A DNA stretch of 64,000 nucleotides from Desulfuromonadales bacterium (GCA_033549025.1 JAWSUS010000006.1:1-64000); one strand, 5' to 3'; counted from the stretch's first letter, positions 1 to 11,011 are shown. Notes: generated by a model not told the origin, from the sequence alone. Program-made: numbers and translations.

Positions 1-498
1 ACGATCTAACGCCATACGAAAAGTTGCTGGATCATTTCTATGGCTTAAAAGTGTAAACAACGCGTTCAGATCTAACATTTTATTGTTTCCAGTTATTGGT
101 AAATTATATAGGTGTTGAGCTTTTTTTTAATAAAAGTAAAGACCATTTTTGTCAGTTTGTTTTGGTAAATCGCGTTGAAAAATTAAATAAAAAAAGAATT
201 TTTCGACGTGTTTGAAATCTGGCAAGACTTTATTCTTGCGCCTGAAAAGGCGCCGAAAGCGGGGTAGTCACCTGCGTGTTGTGGTGTGAACCTGAAGCGG
301 ATCACTTGTGTAAAAATTGAAAACTGGCGACTTGATTACGTTGCCAATCTGCCTCACCGGTCGTTCAACAACATAACGCAAAAGGTGTTTTAAGCGAATT
401 TTAAGGCTGAGATCACTAACCCCTGATTTTTTTTCCGTCAGTGGGGTAACGTCGGTAATGTTGGGGGTACGATCTTACTTTCTTGTATTTTTGAATTT

Positions 499-2445
499 GT
501 GGTGGTGTCAGATTTGAAAACACTTTTTATCTTGTGCTTAGGCTTAGCCATTGAAGTCTTAGATGTTTTGGCCTGGAATAGTCCAGGGAAAATATTTTTT
601 TATAAAAAAATAGTCATATTTTTAGAATTTACATTTCTGTCTATAATTCTATTAAGCGCATTAAGAAAAATTATAAAACAAAAAATATATAAAAATTTCT
701 CATTTCTGTTGATTGCCCTATTAAGTATTGTCGTCATTTTCTTAAACATAAATAGTGTTTTATTTATCCCAGACTTTCATTATGAGAAAATTCTTTTTCT
801 AAAAAAAAATGGGTTTTATTTTTATGTAATAATTATTCTTTTAGTTTTGACATCTTTGGTTTTAATAGAAAGAATATATTATTTGATCCCAAAGTCTGAA
901 CGATGGTCAATAAAGTTTGAACTACTCGGCTACGCTACCATTCTTGCTGGATACTTTTTTTATTACAGCCAAGGAATTTTATACAGAGCCATTGATATGA
1001 ATATGATGCCTGTCCGCGCAGCATCAGTTCTTATTGGTCTGAGTTTTGTTGTTTATTCAAAAACCAGGGGGGGAACTCTAACGACAATTTCTCTGTCAAA
1101 AAAAATAGCATTTCAATCGGTCGTTCTACTTTTTATTGGACTCTACCTCATCGGGATGGCTCTTGTTGGTGAAGGCCTTCGGTATTTGGGGGTCTCATCT
1201 CCAAAGACGGTTTTCTTTGTTATTGCCCTTCTTGCTGGCGTAGCTGTAGTTATAGTTCTCTTATCGGAAACGCTACGGAGAAAACTCAAAGTTTTTCTTT
1301 ATAAGAATTTTTATGCCAGAAAGTACGATTATCGAGAAGAGTGGCTTCTGTTTACAGGGAAGCTTTCAAATGCTCAGTCTGAAAATGAACTCTATAGGGC
1401 GATTATTTCTTTTTATTGTGATGTTTTTGCTGCCTCCACGGCAGCCTTATATTTGGTGGACGGAAAAGGGCTCTTCAGGCCTGCTGAAATGTACAGGATG
1501 GATGTCGACGAGACTTTTTCATCTGATAGCTCTTTGATTGTTCTTTTGCAACAGAAAGACTGGGTTTTGAATGTACGAGATGATCGGAAAACCACCGAAC
1601 TCAATATCCATTTTTTTAATCACCATGAGGTTACCTTTATAGTGCCTCTGAGGTTTGATCAGAGGCTTGAAGGCTTTGTTGTTTTAGGGCGTTTAATTGA
1701 TCCATCTGAAGAATTCACTTATGAAGATTTTGATCTGATGAAGGTTCTTGCAAAACAGGCGGTGTCCTCTCTTTTGAGTTTTCGACTGGCAAAAGAATTG
1801 AGTACCGCCCAGGAGATGGCTGCTATTGGTAAGGTTTCGGCTTTTGTCCTGCACGACCTCAAGAACCTCGTGTCAAATCTTGGGCTGGTTGTTGAAAACG
1901 CGACTGAACATATGGAAGACCCAGCTTTTAGAAACGATATGCTATCCACGGTTAAGGGGACAGTTTTGCGAATGAAAGGCATGATCGCACGCCTGCAGAA
2001 CCTTGAGGAAAAGCATGGACTTGATCTTGGGGAACATGATTTGTTTGAGGTCGCCCAGGAAGGAATTCCCGATATTGTCTCCAAGGATGTCCGCATTGAG
2101 GGGATTCCTGTAAGGGCCATGGTGGATCCTGATGAAATCAAGAAGGTTGTGCTCAATCTTGTCCTCAACGCACTTGAGGCTGGTGGAAGCGCTCCGGTTG
2201 TTGTCGAGGTCGGAAACATGCCTTGTCCCTACATACGTGTTGTTGATAATGGCTGTGGGATGTCTGATGAATTTATTCGGCATAAATTGTTCAAACCTTT
2301 TCAGACCACCAAAAAAAAAGGATTTGGTATAGGTCTCTACCAATGTAGAAGCCTCATCGAGGCCCACGGTGGCTGTATAGAGGTGGAAAGTGAGCTAGGG
2401 AAGGGAAGTTGTTTTTTGGTAAAATTCCCGGCTATGGGCGGATAG
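499..2445 (+). CDS. prsK: PEP-CTERM/XrtA system sensor histidine kinase PrsK (start uncertain)
   Basis: Multi-TM N-terminus, KYDYREEW motif, GAF-like region, H-box VLHDLKN, HATPase motifs DNGCGM / FKPFQTTKKKGFGIGLYQ. Only a GTG start is available in frame. Confidence 0.88.
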   Translation: MVVSDLKTLFILCLGLAIEVLDVLAWNSPGKIFFYKKIVIFLEFTFLSIILLSALRKIIKQKIYKNFSFLLIALLSIVVIFLNINSVLFIPDFHYEKILFLKKNGFYFYVIIILLVLTSLVLIERIYYLIPKSERWSIKFELLGYATILAGYFFYYSQGILYRAIDMNMMPVRAASVLIGLSFVVYSKTRGGTLTTISLSKKIAFQSVVLLFIGLYLIGMALVGEGLRYLGVSSPKTVFFVIALLAGVAVVIVLLSETLRRKLKVFLYKNFYARKYDYREEWLLFTGKLSNAQSENELYRAIISFYCDVFAASTAALYLVDGKGLFRPAEMYRMDVDETFSSDSSLIVLLQQKDWVLNVRDDRKTTELNIHFFNHHEVTFIVPLRFDQRLEGFVVLGRLIDPSEEFTYEDFDLMKVLAKQAVSSLLSFRLAKELSTAQEMAAIGKVSAFVLHDLKNLVSNLGLVVENATEHMEDPAFRNDMLSTVKGTVLRMKGMIARLQNLEEKHGLDLGEHDLFEVAQEGIPDIVSKDVRIEGIPVRAMVDPDEIKKVVLNLVLNALEAGGSAPVVVEVGNMPCPYIRVVDNGCGMSDEFIRHKLFKPFQTTKKKGFGIGLYQCRSLIEAHGGCIEVESELGKGSCFLVKFPAMGG

Positions 2446-2535
2446 GGGTTTGATGTATAAATATGGAATAGCCCTTAATTATGCTGTGATGTCATAAATA
2501 TACCAATTCCCAAAATATTCTTTTGAGACCAGTAA

Positions 2536-4533
2536 ATGGAAAAACTAAAACTTCTACATATTGAAAGAACGTATAGAGAGGACATTCAGGGCATTAGGGC
2601 TATTGGTGCCATTTTGATTCTCGTCTTTCATGTCTGGGTACACAAAATATCCGGAGGGGTTGACGTTTTTTTTGTAATTTCCGGTTTTTTGATGACAAGT
2701 CTTCTTCTTCGGCAATACGCAGAACGTGGAGAGGTCGATCTTTTTAAATTCTGGGCAAATATCATCAAAAGGATAGCGCCTTCTGCCTATATCGTGCTCC
2801 TGTTTACATTGTTGTTTGGATATTTTTTCATTCCATCACCTTTCTGGAAATCCTCAATACATCAAGTTCTTTATAGTGCTGTCCATCTTGAAAATATTCA
2901 ACTGATTAAACTTGCAGTTGACTATTTAGCTCAAGGAACTCCTTCTAGTCCTGTTCAAAACTTCTGGGCTCTCTCAATTCAAATTCAATTCTATCTAATA
3001 TTATCCGCTGTATTTATTTTTCTAACTCCCTTGAACAAACGCGTGAAATCCTTATTGCCTCTTTTTATTGTTTTTATAGTTCTGTTTTTAAGTTCATTTT
3101 TATATTCAATTATTGAAACCACAAACAGTCCCAAAACTGCTTATTTTAACACTCTAGCCAGAGGTTGGGAGTTTTTCGCCGGGTCTCTTTTAGCTCTTTT
3201 CTTGCCTCATTACAAACCTAGTGCCACTGCCGGACGTTTGTTTGGAATTTTCGGCTTGCTTATTCTTTTTTTCGGGGCTTTATTTATCCCTCGTGGTATT
3301 AATTTCCCCGGTTATATAGCCACTGTTCCAGTTTTGTCAGCAGTTATGCTGATAGTTTCTGGTTCTCAAAATAGAAAAACTTTTACTTTTAAATTACTAT
3401 CTAGTAGATGGTTGGTAGCTATCGGCGGGATATCCTTTACCGTTTACTTGTGGCATTGGCCACTACTTGTTTTTTACCAACATTATATTGGTTCAAAAGA
3501 TGTCGGTATTTTGGAAGGTTTGATTCTCATTTTGGTATCAATTTTTCTTGCTTTCTTAACGAGCAAGCTAGTCGAAAAGCCGTTCAGGAATATAAAACAA
3601 AAAAAACTGGTTTATTCCTATTTTATAGGTGTGATATTTTTTTTCCCTGTAATTGCAGCGGGAATGGTTTGTAGGGAGGCAGTACAAGATATTCAAACTG
3701 CTCGAATCGATTATTGGAATAATAAAGAATATGGTCAATTTGAAAGCAGAAATATTGATATAACTATTTATGATATTCCTAACTCAGATTTTATTTCAGC
3801 CAGGCAGATTTTACCCGACGTTTATTATAATGACTGCCATCAGGATATATTTGAACCTGATGTTATTTCTTGTGATTATGGTGATGTAGAATCTCTTAAA
3901 ATCATAGCATTGGTTGGGGGCTCACACGCTGCTCAGTGGTTGCCTGCCCTTGATGATATTGGTAAAAAAGAAGGTATAAAAATTGTTACCATGACTAAAA
4001 GTTCTTGTCCTTTTGGAGTTGTTGAAGACTCAAATGAATCGTGCGAAATGTGGAATGATAATATTATCTTCAAACTTAATGAAATCAGACCAGATATTGT
4101 GATTACAAATTCTACCAGATCTGGAGTAAATGGAAGTAAAGAAAATATCCCAAACTCGTACGTTGACCAATGGCGTCGGCTGGAGGAATTGAAGATTGAT
4201 ATTGTTGGAATAAGAGATAATCCAAGTTTTGGATTTGATGTTCCTCAGTGTCTTTCCATTAATAGAAACGACCCTTTAAGATGTGCAATAAGCCGAGACT
4301 CCGCATATCTGAATGAAGATCCTTCTCGCCAATATTATGAAGAACTTTCCAATTTTATAAGCATTGACGTTAGCAATCAGTTTTGCACAGACACAATCTG
4401 CTTGCCTGCCTATAAAGATTTCATAATTTACCGAGATAGCCACCACATATCTGTCCCTTATGTTCGATATCTTACCGGGTGGCTTTCTTCAGAACTCAAA
4501 AAAAATAAGCCTGGTTTTTTTGAATCATCTTGA
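2536..4533 (+). CDS. Acyltransferase family 3 / SGNH fusion O-acetyltransferase (OafA/YrhL-like)
   Basis: YREDIQGIRA...FH, GGVDVFFVISGFLMT, SFTVYLWHWP in the membrane domain; C-terminal SGNH motifs VGGSHA and YRDSHH. Confidence 0.88.
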   Translation: MEKLKLLHIERTYREDIQGIRAIGAILILVFHVWVHKISGGVDVFFVISGFLMTSLLLRQYAERGEVDLFKFWANIIKRIAPSAYIVLLFTLLFGYFFIPSPFWKSSIHQVLYSAVHLENIQLIKLAVDYLAQGTPSSPVQNFWALSIQIQFYLILSAVFIFLTPLNKRVKSLLPLFIVFIVLFLSSFLYSIIETTNSPKTAYFNTLARGWEFFAGSLLALFLPHYKPSATAGRLFGIFGLLILFFGALFIPRGINFPGYIATVPVLSAVMLIVSGSQNRKTFTFKLLSSRWLVAIGGISFTVYLWHWPLLVFYQHYIGSKDVGILEGLILILVSIFLAFLTSKLVEKPFRNIKQKKLVYSYFIGVIFFFPVIAAGMVCREAVQDIQTARIDYWNNKEYGQFESRNIDITIYDIPNSDFISARQILPDVYYNDCHQDIFEPDVISCDYGDVESLKIIALVGGSHAAQWLPALDDIGKKEGIKIVTMTKSSCPFGVVEDSNESCEMWNDNIIFKLNEIRPDIVITNSTRSGVNGSKENIPNSYVDQWRRLEELKIDIVGIRDNPSFGFDVPQCLSINRNDPLRCAISRDSAYLNEDPSRQYYEELSNFISIDVSNQFCTDTICLPAYKDFIIYRDSHHISVPYVRYLTGWLSSELKKNKPGFFESS

Positions 4534-4567
4534 ATGTTTGGGTGGTATCGGTACAATTGACGGGTAA

Positions 4568-5593
<1,026 letters not shown>

Positions 5594-5629
5594 GGGTTAT
5601 CATAGGAGTTATATTGAGGGGAGGGATTT

Positions 5630-6283
5630 ATGGATTATTTTGTTCACGAATCGTCCTATGTGGACGAGGGCGCACAAATTGGGGCCGGAACGAAAATCTG
5701 GCATTTCTCCCATGTTCTGTCAGGGGCCCTGATCGGTGAGCGATGCAGTTTCGGGCAGAACGTTTCCGTTGCGGGCGGAACCGTTATTGGCAACAACGTC
5801 AAGGTGCAAAATAACGTCTCGATTTATGAGGGAACGGTCATCGAAGATGATGTGTTTTTAGGGCCCTCCTGTGTATTGACCAATGTTACCAACCCGCGCT
5901 CTCAGGTCTCCCGGAAGTCTTTGTATGAAAAAACCCTGATTCGCCGTGGTGCCAGCATCGGTGCAAACTCTACCATTGTCTGTGGCATCACGATCGGGCG
6001 GTATGCTTTTATTGCGGCCGGTGCGGTCATCGCCAAGGATGTTCCGGATTATGCTTTAATGGTCGGTGTCCCCGGGAAATTTGTCGGCTGGATGTCCCGT
6101 CACGGGCATCGACTGACAAACCCGGATACCTCAGGAGTGATGGTTTGCCCCGAGAGCGGCTTTCGCTATAAGGAAAATGCTTCTGGACAACTTCGCTGTC
6201 TTGACCTTGAAGAGGATTTGCCCCTGCCGGAGGCTTTAGCAGTGGGTTTTAAAACTTATGACGAAATCAAACCAGTCAAATAA
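5630..6283 (+). CDS. wbpD: Hexapeptide-repeat N-acetyltransferase (WbpD/WlbB)
   Basis: TKIWHFSH, hexapeptide repeats, [20 protein letters not shown]; adjacent to wbpB. Confidence 0.88.
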   Translation: MDYFVHESSYVDEGAQIGAGTKIWHFSHVLSGALIGERCSFGQNVSVAGGTVIGNNVKVQNNVSIYEGTVIEDDVFLGPSCVLTNVTNPRSQVSRKSLYEKTLIRRGASIGANSTIVCGITIGRYAFIAAGAVIAKDVPDYALMVGVPGKFVGWMSRHGHRLTNPDTSGVMVCPESGFRYKENASGQLRCLDLEEDLPLPEALAVGFKTYDEIKPVK

Positions 6284-6316
6284 TCCTTTTTAGAGAGGTT
6301 TTCCCCCTTGGCCGAT

Positions 6317-7432
6317 ATGCCGTCTATTCCGATACTTGATCTCGGACCCGAGGTCGAAGAACTATGGCCGCAGCTAAACGAAGCGATCCAGAAAGTTTTG
6401 CGGTCCCAGCAATTTATCATGGGGCCTGAAGTTACCCTCTTTGAAGAAGAAGTTGCAGCCTGGCTCGGTTCGAAACACGCTATCGCTTTGAATTCTGGCA
6501 CCGATGCCCTTGTAATTGGTCTACGGGCTTTGGGGGTTGGAGCAGGGGATGAGGTTTTGACCTCGCCTTTCACTTTTTTTGCAACCGCTGAGGCCATCAG
6601 CAGTGTCGGGGCGACGCCTGTTTTTATTGATATCGATCCGCAGACCTTCAACCTGGACCCTGAAAAACTTGAAGAATATATCACTCCAGAGACGCGAGCT
6701 ATTATTCCTGTCCATCTCTATGGCCAGGCTTGTGACATGGCCAGAATTAAGGATATTGCAGAGAAGCATGGTTTGAAAATTTTGGAAGATGTGGCGCAGG
6801 CTTTCGGCGCAACTTTTGGTCACCGCAAACTCGGTACGCTCGGACATGCAGGTGCTTTTTCCTTTTTCCCTTCCAAGGTCCTAGGATGTTACGGTGATGG
6901 AGGCCTCTTAGCCACGGATGACGACAATATCGCTCAAGATGCACGTATGCTTAGGGTTCACGGGGCTCGTAGAAAATATTTCAACGAAGTTGTTGGCTAT
7001 AATTCACGCCTTGATGCCTTGCAGGCAGCCATTCTTCGAGTCAAGCTTCCCTATGTGGACCAATGGTGTCGCGACAGGCAGGGGGTGGCCTCCATTTATG
7101 ATCGGGCTCTTGCCGGGGTAGCCAATCTTAAGGCACCAGTGGCTGCTGGGTGGGGCGAACACGTTTATCATCAATATACGGTGAGGATTGCTGGCGGACT
7201 TCGTGATGCTGTAAAGAACCACCTTGAAAGTGAAGGTGTCAGCACCATGATTTATTATCCTGTTCCTGTGCATCAGTTGCCGCTTTACCAAGGTTGCGGA
7301 GCGACAGTTCCGGTTGCGGAACAGGCAGCAAGGGAAGTGTTGAGTCTTCCGATCTGGCCCCAGATGGGTCAGGAGATTGTCGAACGGGTGGCAGGTAGCC
7401 TTATTTCTGGAATGAGGGCTGTTGTGTCATGA
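6317..7432 (+). CDS. wbpE: DegT/DnrJ/EryC1/StrS aminotransferase (WbpE-like)
   Basis: NSGTDAL, PVHLYGQ, EDVAQAFG, SFFPSKVLGCYGDGG, GYNSRLD. ATG at 6317 preferred over TTG at 6308. Confidence 0.82.
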   Translation: MPSIPILDLGPEVEELWPQLNEAIQKVLRSQQFIMGPEVTLFEEEVAAWLGSKHAIALNSGTDALVIGLRALGVGAGDEVLTSPFTFFATAEAISSVGATPVFIDIDPQTFNLDPEKLEEYITPETRAIIPVHLYGQACDMARIKDIAEKHGLKILEDVAQAFGATFGHRKLGTLGHAGAFSFFPSKVLGCYGDGGLLATDDDNIAQDARMLRVHGARRKYFNEVVGYNSRLDALQAAILRVKLPYVDQWCRDRQGVASIYDRALAGVANLKAPVAAGWGEHVYHQYTVRIAGGLRDAVKNHLESEGVSTMIYYPVPVHQLPLYQGCGATVPVAEQAAREVLSLPIWPQMGQEIVERVAGSLISGMRAVVS

Positions 7433-8520
7433 AGATTGTCACTGTGGTTGGGGCGCGTCCCCAGTTTGTCAAGGCGGCCTGCGTAAGCCGTGAGATTTCA
7501 AGACGATCAGGGATCCGTGAGATTCTTGTTCATACTGGCCAGCATTTCGACGCCAACATGTCTGATGTTTTTTTTGAAGAGATGGAGATACCAAGGCCGC
7601 ATTACCATCTTGATGTTCATTCAATGAATCATGGTGCCATGACGGGCAGAATGCTCGAGAAAATCGAAAGTGTCCTTCTTGAGGAAGATCCCGAAGTTGT
7701 TCTTGTTTATGGAGATACGAACTCGACCCTTGCAGGGGCTCTCGCTGCCCGTAAACTTCACATCAATGTGGTGCATGTCGAAGCTGGTCTGCGTAGCTTT
7801 AACATGCGGATGCCTGAGGAGGTCAACCGTGTATTGACCGACCGTATTAGTGATCTTCTTTGCTGTCCCACACAAACCGCCGTTGAAAATCTTGACCGCG
7901 AAGGGTTTTCACATCTACCGTGTGTCGTCAGTCGCACTGGGGATGTGATGCAGGACGCGGCCCTGTATTACAGCCGCCTATCCGCCGATCGAAGTTCAGT
8001 TCTCAGTGATCTGGGACTTGTTGGTAAGGCATTTGCTCTTTGCACAGTACACCGGGCTGAAAACACGGATGACCCAGTCCGTCTGGCTAATATCGTTGAA
8101 GCCCTCAATTCGATCTCCGCTATGCTGGAGGTTGTAGTTCCTCTTCATCCTCGAACGGCCAAGGTTCTGGCTGCCTCGGGTCTTAACACCTTTTTTAAAG
8201 TGATTCCCCCGGTTGGTTATTTTGACATGATCGAATTGCTTAAGGCCTCGCAGATAGTGTTGACAGACAGTGGTGGCCTGCAGAAGGAGGCTTTTTTCTT
8301 TGAATCCCCCTGTGTCACGCTTCGCGATGAAACGGAATGGGTTGAGTTGATTGAGAGTGGTGTGAATGTTTTGGCGGGAGCTTCGAAAGAAAAAATCGTT
8401 TCGTGCTTTAATCTGATGATGCATCGAGCCGTAGACGCGACTCTGGATCTTTATGGTGGAGGACAGGCGGCCGTAAATGTTGTAAATGAAGTGTTGTCCT
8501 TGAAATCGACACCAGGCTAG
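7429..8520 (+). CDS. wecB: UDP-N-acetylglucosamine 2-epimerase, non-hydrolysing (WbpI/WecB family)
   Basis: VVGARPQFVK, HTGQHFD, YGDTNST, HVEAGLRS, TDSGGLQKEA; ATGA overlap with the upstream gene. Confidence 0.88.
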   Translation: MKIVTVVGARPQFVKAACVSREISRRSGIREILVHTGQHFDANMSDVFFEEMEIPRPHYHLDVHSMNHGAMTGRMLEKIESVLLEEDPEVVLVYGDTNSTLAGALAARKLHINVVHVEAGLRSFNMRMPEEVNRVLTDRISDLLCCPTQTAVENLDREGFSHLPCVVSRTGDVMQDAALYYSRLSADRSSVLSDLGLVGKAFALCTVHRAENTDDPVRLANIVEALNSISAMLEVVVPLHPRTAKVLAASGLNTFFKVIPPVGYFDMIELLKASQIVLTDSGGLQKEAFFFESPCVTLRDETEWVELIESGVNVLAGASKEKIVSCFNLMMHRAVDATLDLYGGGQAAVNVVNEVLSLKSTPG

Positions 8521-8546
8521 AAAGGTTCGGGAAAGGACCGGAGCAG

Positions 8547-9926
8547 ATGGAAACCCTTCTTATTGTTGACGACAACCAGGAACTCATTACGCAACTTAAA
8601 TGGGGCTTGGGGAAGGACTACAAGGTTGTTCTGGCTGAGGATGCGGTAGGGGGACTTGCGGCCCTGGATAAGCATCAACCACGGGTCATGACCCTGGACC
8701 TTGGCCTTCCACCTGATCCGGATGGTTCGTCAGAGGGGTTGAAGTTGTTGTCTGCTGTTTTGCAGCGATCTCCTGAAACCAAGGTCATCGTAGTTACCGG
8801 ACGTGGCGAGCGTGACGTGGCCTTGAAAGCCATTCAATTAGGTGCCTATGACTTTTATCATAAGCCAATCGACCTGAGTGAACTTAAGGTGATTCTGGCA
8901 AGGGCGTTTCATCTTGCCGATCTCGAGGCGGAGAACCAGCGACTTCAATCGGCCTTGGTTGCCGAGCAAAACATGCAGGGCATATTCGGTCAATGCCCGG
9001 CGATGCAGGAAGTCTTTACGACAATAAGCAAGGTGGCGACTACCAATGTCTCTGTTTTGGTTCTCGGCGAGAGTGGGACAGGCAAGGAGTTGGTGGCCAG
9101 GGCTATGCACAGCGAAAGCCTGCGCGCCAAGGCGCCATTCATCCCTATCAACTGCGGGGCCATCCCTGAGAATCTGCTGGAGTCGGAACTATTCGGCCAT
9201 GAAAAGGGGGCTTTTACAGGGGCACAGAGCCGGGTTCATGGCAAGGTGGAATATGCCCACGGTGGCACCCTGTTTCTGGATGAAATCGGGGAACTATCGG
9301 CGCCTTTGCAAGTCAAGTTGTTGCGTTTTCTGCAGGACGGGGTCATGCAGCGGGTGGGCGGCCGCGAGGATATTGCCGTCGATGTGCGGGTGATTGCCGC
9401 GACCAATGTGGATATCGAAAAGGCCATTGCCTCGGGGGCATTCCGTGAGGACCTCTATTATCGCCTGGGGGTCATCAGCCTCTCTCTGCCGCCCCTGCGC
9501 GAACGGGGGGATGATATGCTGCTGCTGGCCAATCTTTTTCTCCATCGTTACTGCGACAGCTTCAAGAAAAAAGTGAGAGGCTTTAGTGCGGCAGCCATGA
9601 ATCAGCTGCAAACCTATGCCTGGCCTGGAAACGTGCGTGAGTTGGAGAACAAGGTGAAACGAGCGATCATTATGAGCGATGGCCCTCTGATCACCCCGGC
9701 GGATTTAGGCTTTGAGAGCTCTACGGCCAATCTGGAACCGGCAATGAAAACGACTGGCATGTCTTTGAAAGATGCCAAGGACAGGGTCGAGCGGCAGATG
9801 GTGCTGGCGGCCATTGAGCAGGAGCAGGGGAATATCGCCAAGGCGGCTGAAACCTTGGGTATCAGCCGCCCGACAATATATGATCTGATGAAAAAGCATG
9901 GACTGCATGTCAGCCCCGAGGGCTGA
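8547..9926 (+). CDS. prsR: PEP-CTERM-box sigma54-dependent response regulator PrsR
   Basis: Receiver domain (IVDD, TLDLGLPPDPD), AAA+ domain (GESGTGKE, GAFTGA, WPGNVRELEN), C-terminal HTH (LGISRPTIY). Confidence 0.9.
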   Translation: METLLIVDDNQELITQLKWGLGKDYKVVLAEDAVGGLAALDKHQPRVMTLDLGLPPDPDGSSEGLKLLSAVLQRSPETKVIVVTGRGERDVALKAIQLGAYDFYHKPIDLSELKVILARAFHLADLEAENQRLQSALVAEQNMQGIFGQCPAMQEVFTTISKVATTNVSVLVLGESGTGKELVARAMHSESLRAKAPFIPINCGAIPENLLESELFGHEKGAFTGAQSRVHGKVEYAHGGTLFLDEIGELSAPLQVKLLRFLQDGVMQRVGGREDIAVDVRVIAATNVDIEKAIASGAFREDLYYRLGVISLSLPPLRERGDDMLLLANLFLHRYCDSFKKKVRGFSAAAMNQLQTYAWPGNVRELENKVKRAIIMSDGPLITPADLGFESSTANLEPAMKTTGMSLKDAKDRVERQMVLAAIEQEQGNIAKAAETLGISRPTIYDLMKKHGLHVSPEG

Positions 9927-9934
9927 TTTTGGTC

Positions 9935-10807
9935 CTACGAGTTGGTCGTCGTGAAACTGTAGGTCGAGCTTTCGGTGACCGTTGCGCCATCGTCGGCCAC
10001 GACTTTCCAGTAATAGGTAGTATTGGGATCGAAATCAAAGATCTCAAAAGTGCTTTCCGTTAAATTATCGACTACATCCGTATATTGAGGCGCAGCGGAG
10101 ACCGGTTGATCGGTATTCACCGAACCGCTGATCGCGTCATCCCCACCTCCGCCGCCACCGCAGCTGGCCAGCAGCATGGTGGCGCCTACCAGAGCGGGAA
10201 TCACCGCTTTTCTTATTTTACGACGCTGAGGAATAGCCAGACTGAGCAGCGACAGGGCGGCGATAGCTAGTAAAACTTCCTTGTTCGGATAGAAAGGTTC
10301 GAAATTCACGCCGCCCACAGCGCCTGACTGAAGGGTCGGGTCGGTGCCGTAGTAAAGCGTGTAAACGACATCGCGGCCGTCAGTGGGATCGCTCCAGTCG
10401 AACTGCACTGTTTGGGGGAGGCCGCTGGCCTGGTTAGCAGGATATTGCAGGGAAGGGATAAAGGGGTCGGGATCCCCGGCGGTCCAGGCAATGATGTTGG
10501 AGAAGGGGCTTTCATTGCCGGCGGCATCGTAGGCCACCACCGTGAAGTAATAAACGACGCCGGTGTCTAGCCCAGTCAGTGTTGTAGAGAGAGAGTCCCC
10601 TACAATGATAGGAGAGTCACCTTCTAAGGCGCCTGTACCATCAAAAGGTGCCGTGGATGAACCTGATTTGTAGTACATTTTATAGCCGGTAACGCCTGTT
10701 GAGGGATTGGGATCCCAGGCCAGGGTCACATCGGCGGCGAAAGAGAGGGTAGCGGTGAGCAGGCACAGCAGTAGGGTGGATAAAGAGAGGACAAGTTTCG
10801 TTTTCAT
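9935..10807 (-). CDS. Secreted fibronectin type III protein with internal TM hairpin and internal lipobox
   Basis: Signal peptide MKTKLV...SFA; FN3 domain (VTLAWDP...GYKMYY...LTGLDTGVVYYFTVVAYD...NES); second FN3-like domain interrupted by two hydrophobic segments and LASCGGGGGG. ATG at 10807 chosen over the ORF-track start. Confidence 0.82.
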   Translation of the reverse strand: MKTKLVLSLSTLLLCLLTATLSFAADVTLAWDPNPSTGVTGYKMYYKSGSSTAPFDGTGALEGDSPIIVGDSLSTTLTGLDTGVVYYFTVVAYDAAGNESPFSNIIAWTAGDPDPFIPSLQYPANQASGLPQTVQFDWSDPTDGRDVVYTLYYGTDPTLQSGAVGGVNFEPFYPNKEVLLAIAALSLLSLAIPQRRKIRKAVIPALVGATMLLASCGGGGGGDDAISGSVNTDQPVSAAPQYTDVVDNLTESTFEIFDFDPNTTYYWKVVADDGATVTESSTYSFTTTNS

Positions 10808-10909
10808 TTGGGAACTCCGATCTTGCGGCCTAAGCCATTTATCATTTTGGTGACAAGATTTGTCGTGGACGTTGTTTTTCGGGCTGTCGTACCCGTCGGC
10901 GGCATACTT

Positions 10910-10926
10910 ATCAAGTTCCATGCCAG
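10910..10926 (-). promoter_or_regulatory. sigma54 (-24/-12) promoter candidate for the FN3 gene
   Basis: Minus strand CTGGCATGGAACTTGAT: TGGCATG at -24 and TTGA in place of TTGC at -12, correctly spaced, ~100 nt upstream of the ATG. Confidence 0.6.
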
Positions 10927-10989
10927 TCCGTACTATCCACTGCTTTTACCGTTTGATCCGGTTGGGCAGAACTTAAGGTCAGCACAATT

Positions 10990-11002
10990 TAAGTCGTTGA
11001 AA
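10990..11002 (-). promoter_or_regulatory. IHF-like site
   Basis: Minus strand TTTCAACGACTTA, one mismatch to WATCAANNNNTTR, between the sigma54 site and the putative enhancers. Confidence 0.45.
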
Positions 11003-11011
11003 TCGTTTCGG

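Noticed and set aside
256..270. GCGGGGTAG as an ops/JUMPstart element
   Set aside because: It does not match GGCGGTAG and is far from the start codon.
10808..10921. 38-aa N-terminal extension of the FN3 ORF in the ORF track
   Set aside because: It precedes a clear signal peptide starting at 10807 and overlaps the sigma54 promoter candidate.
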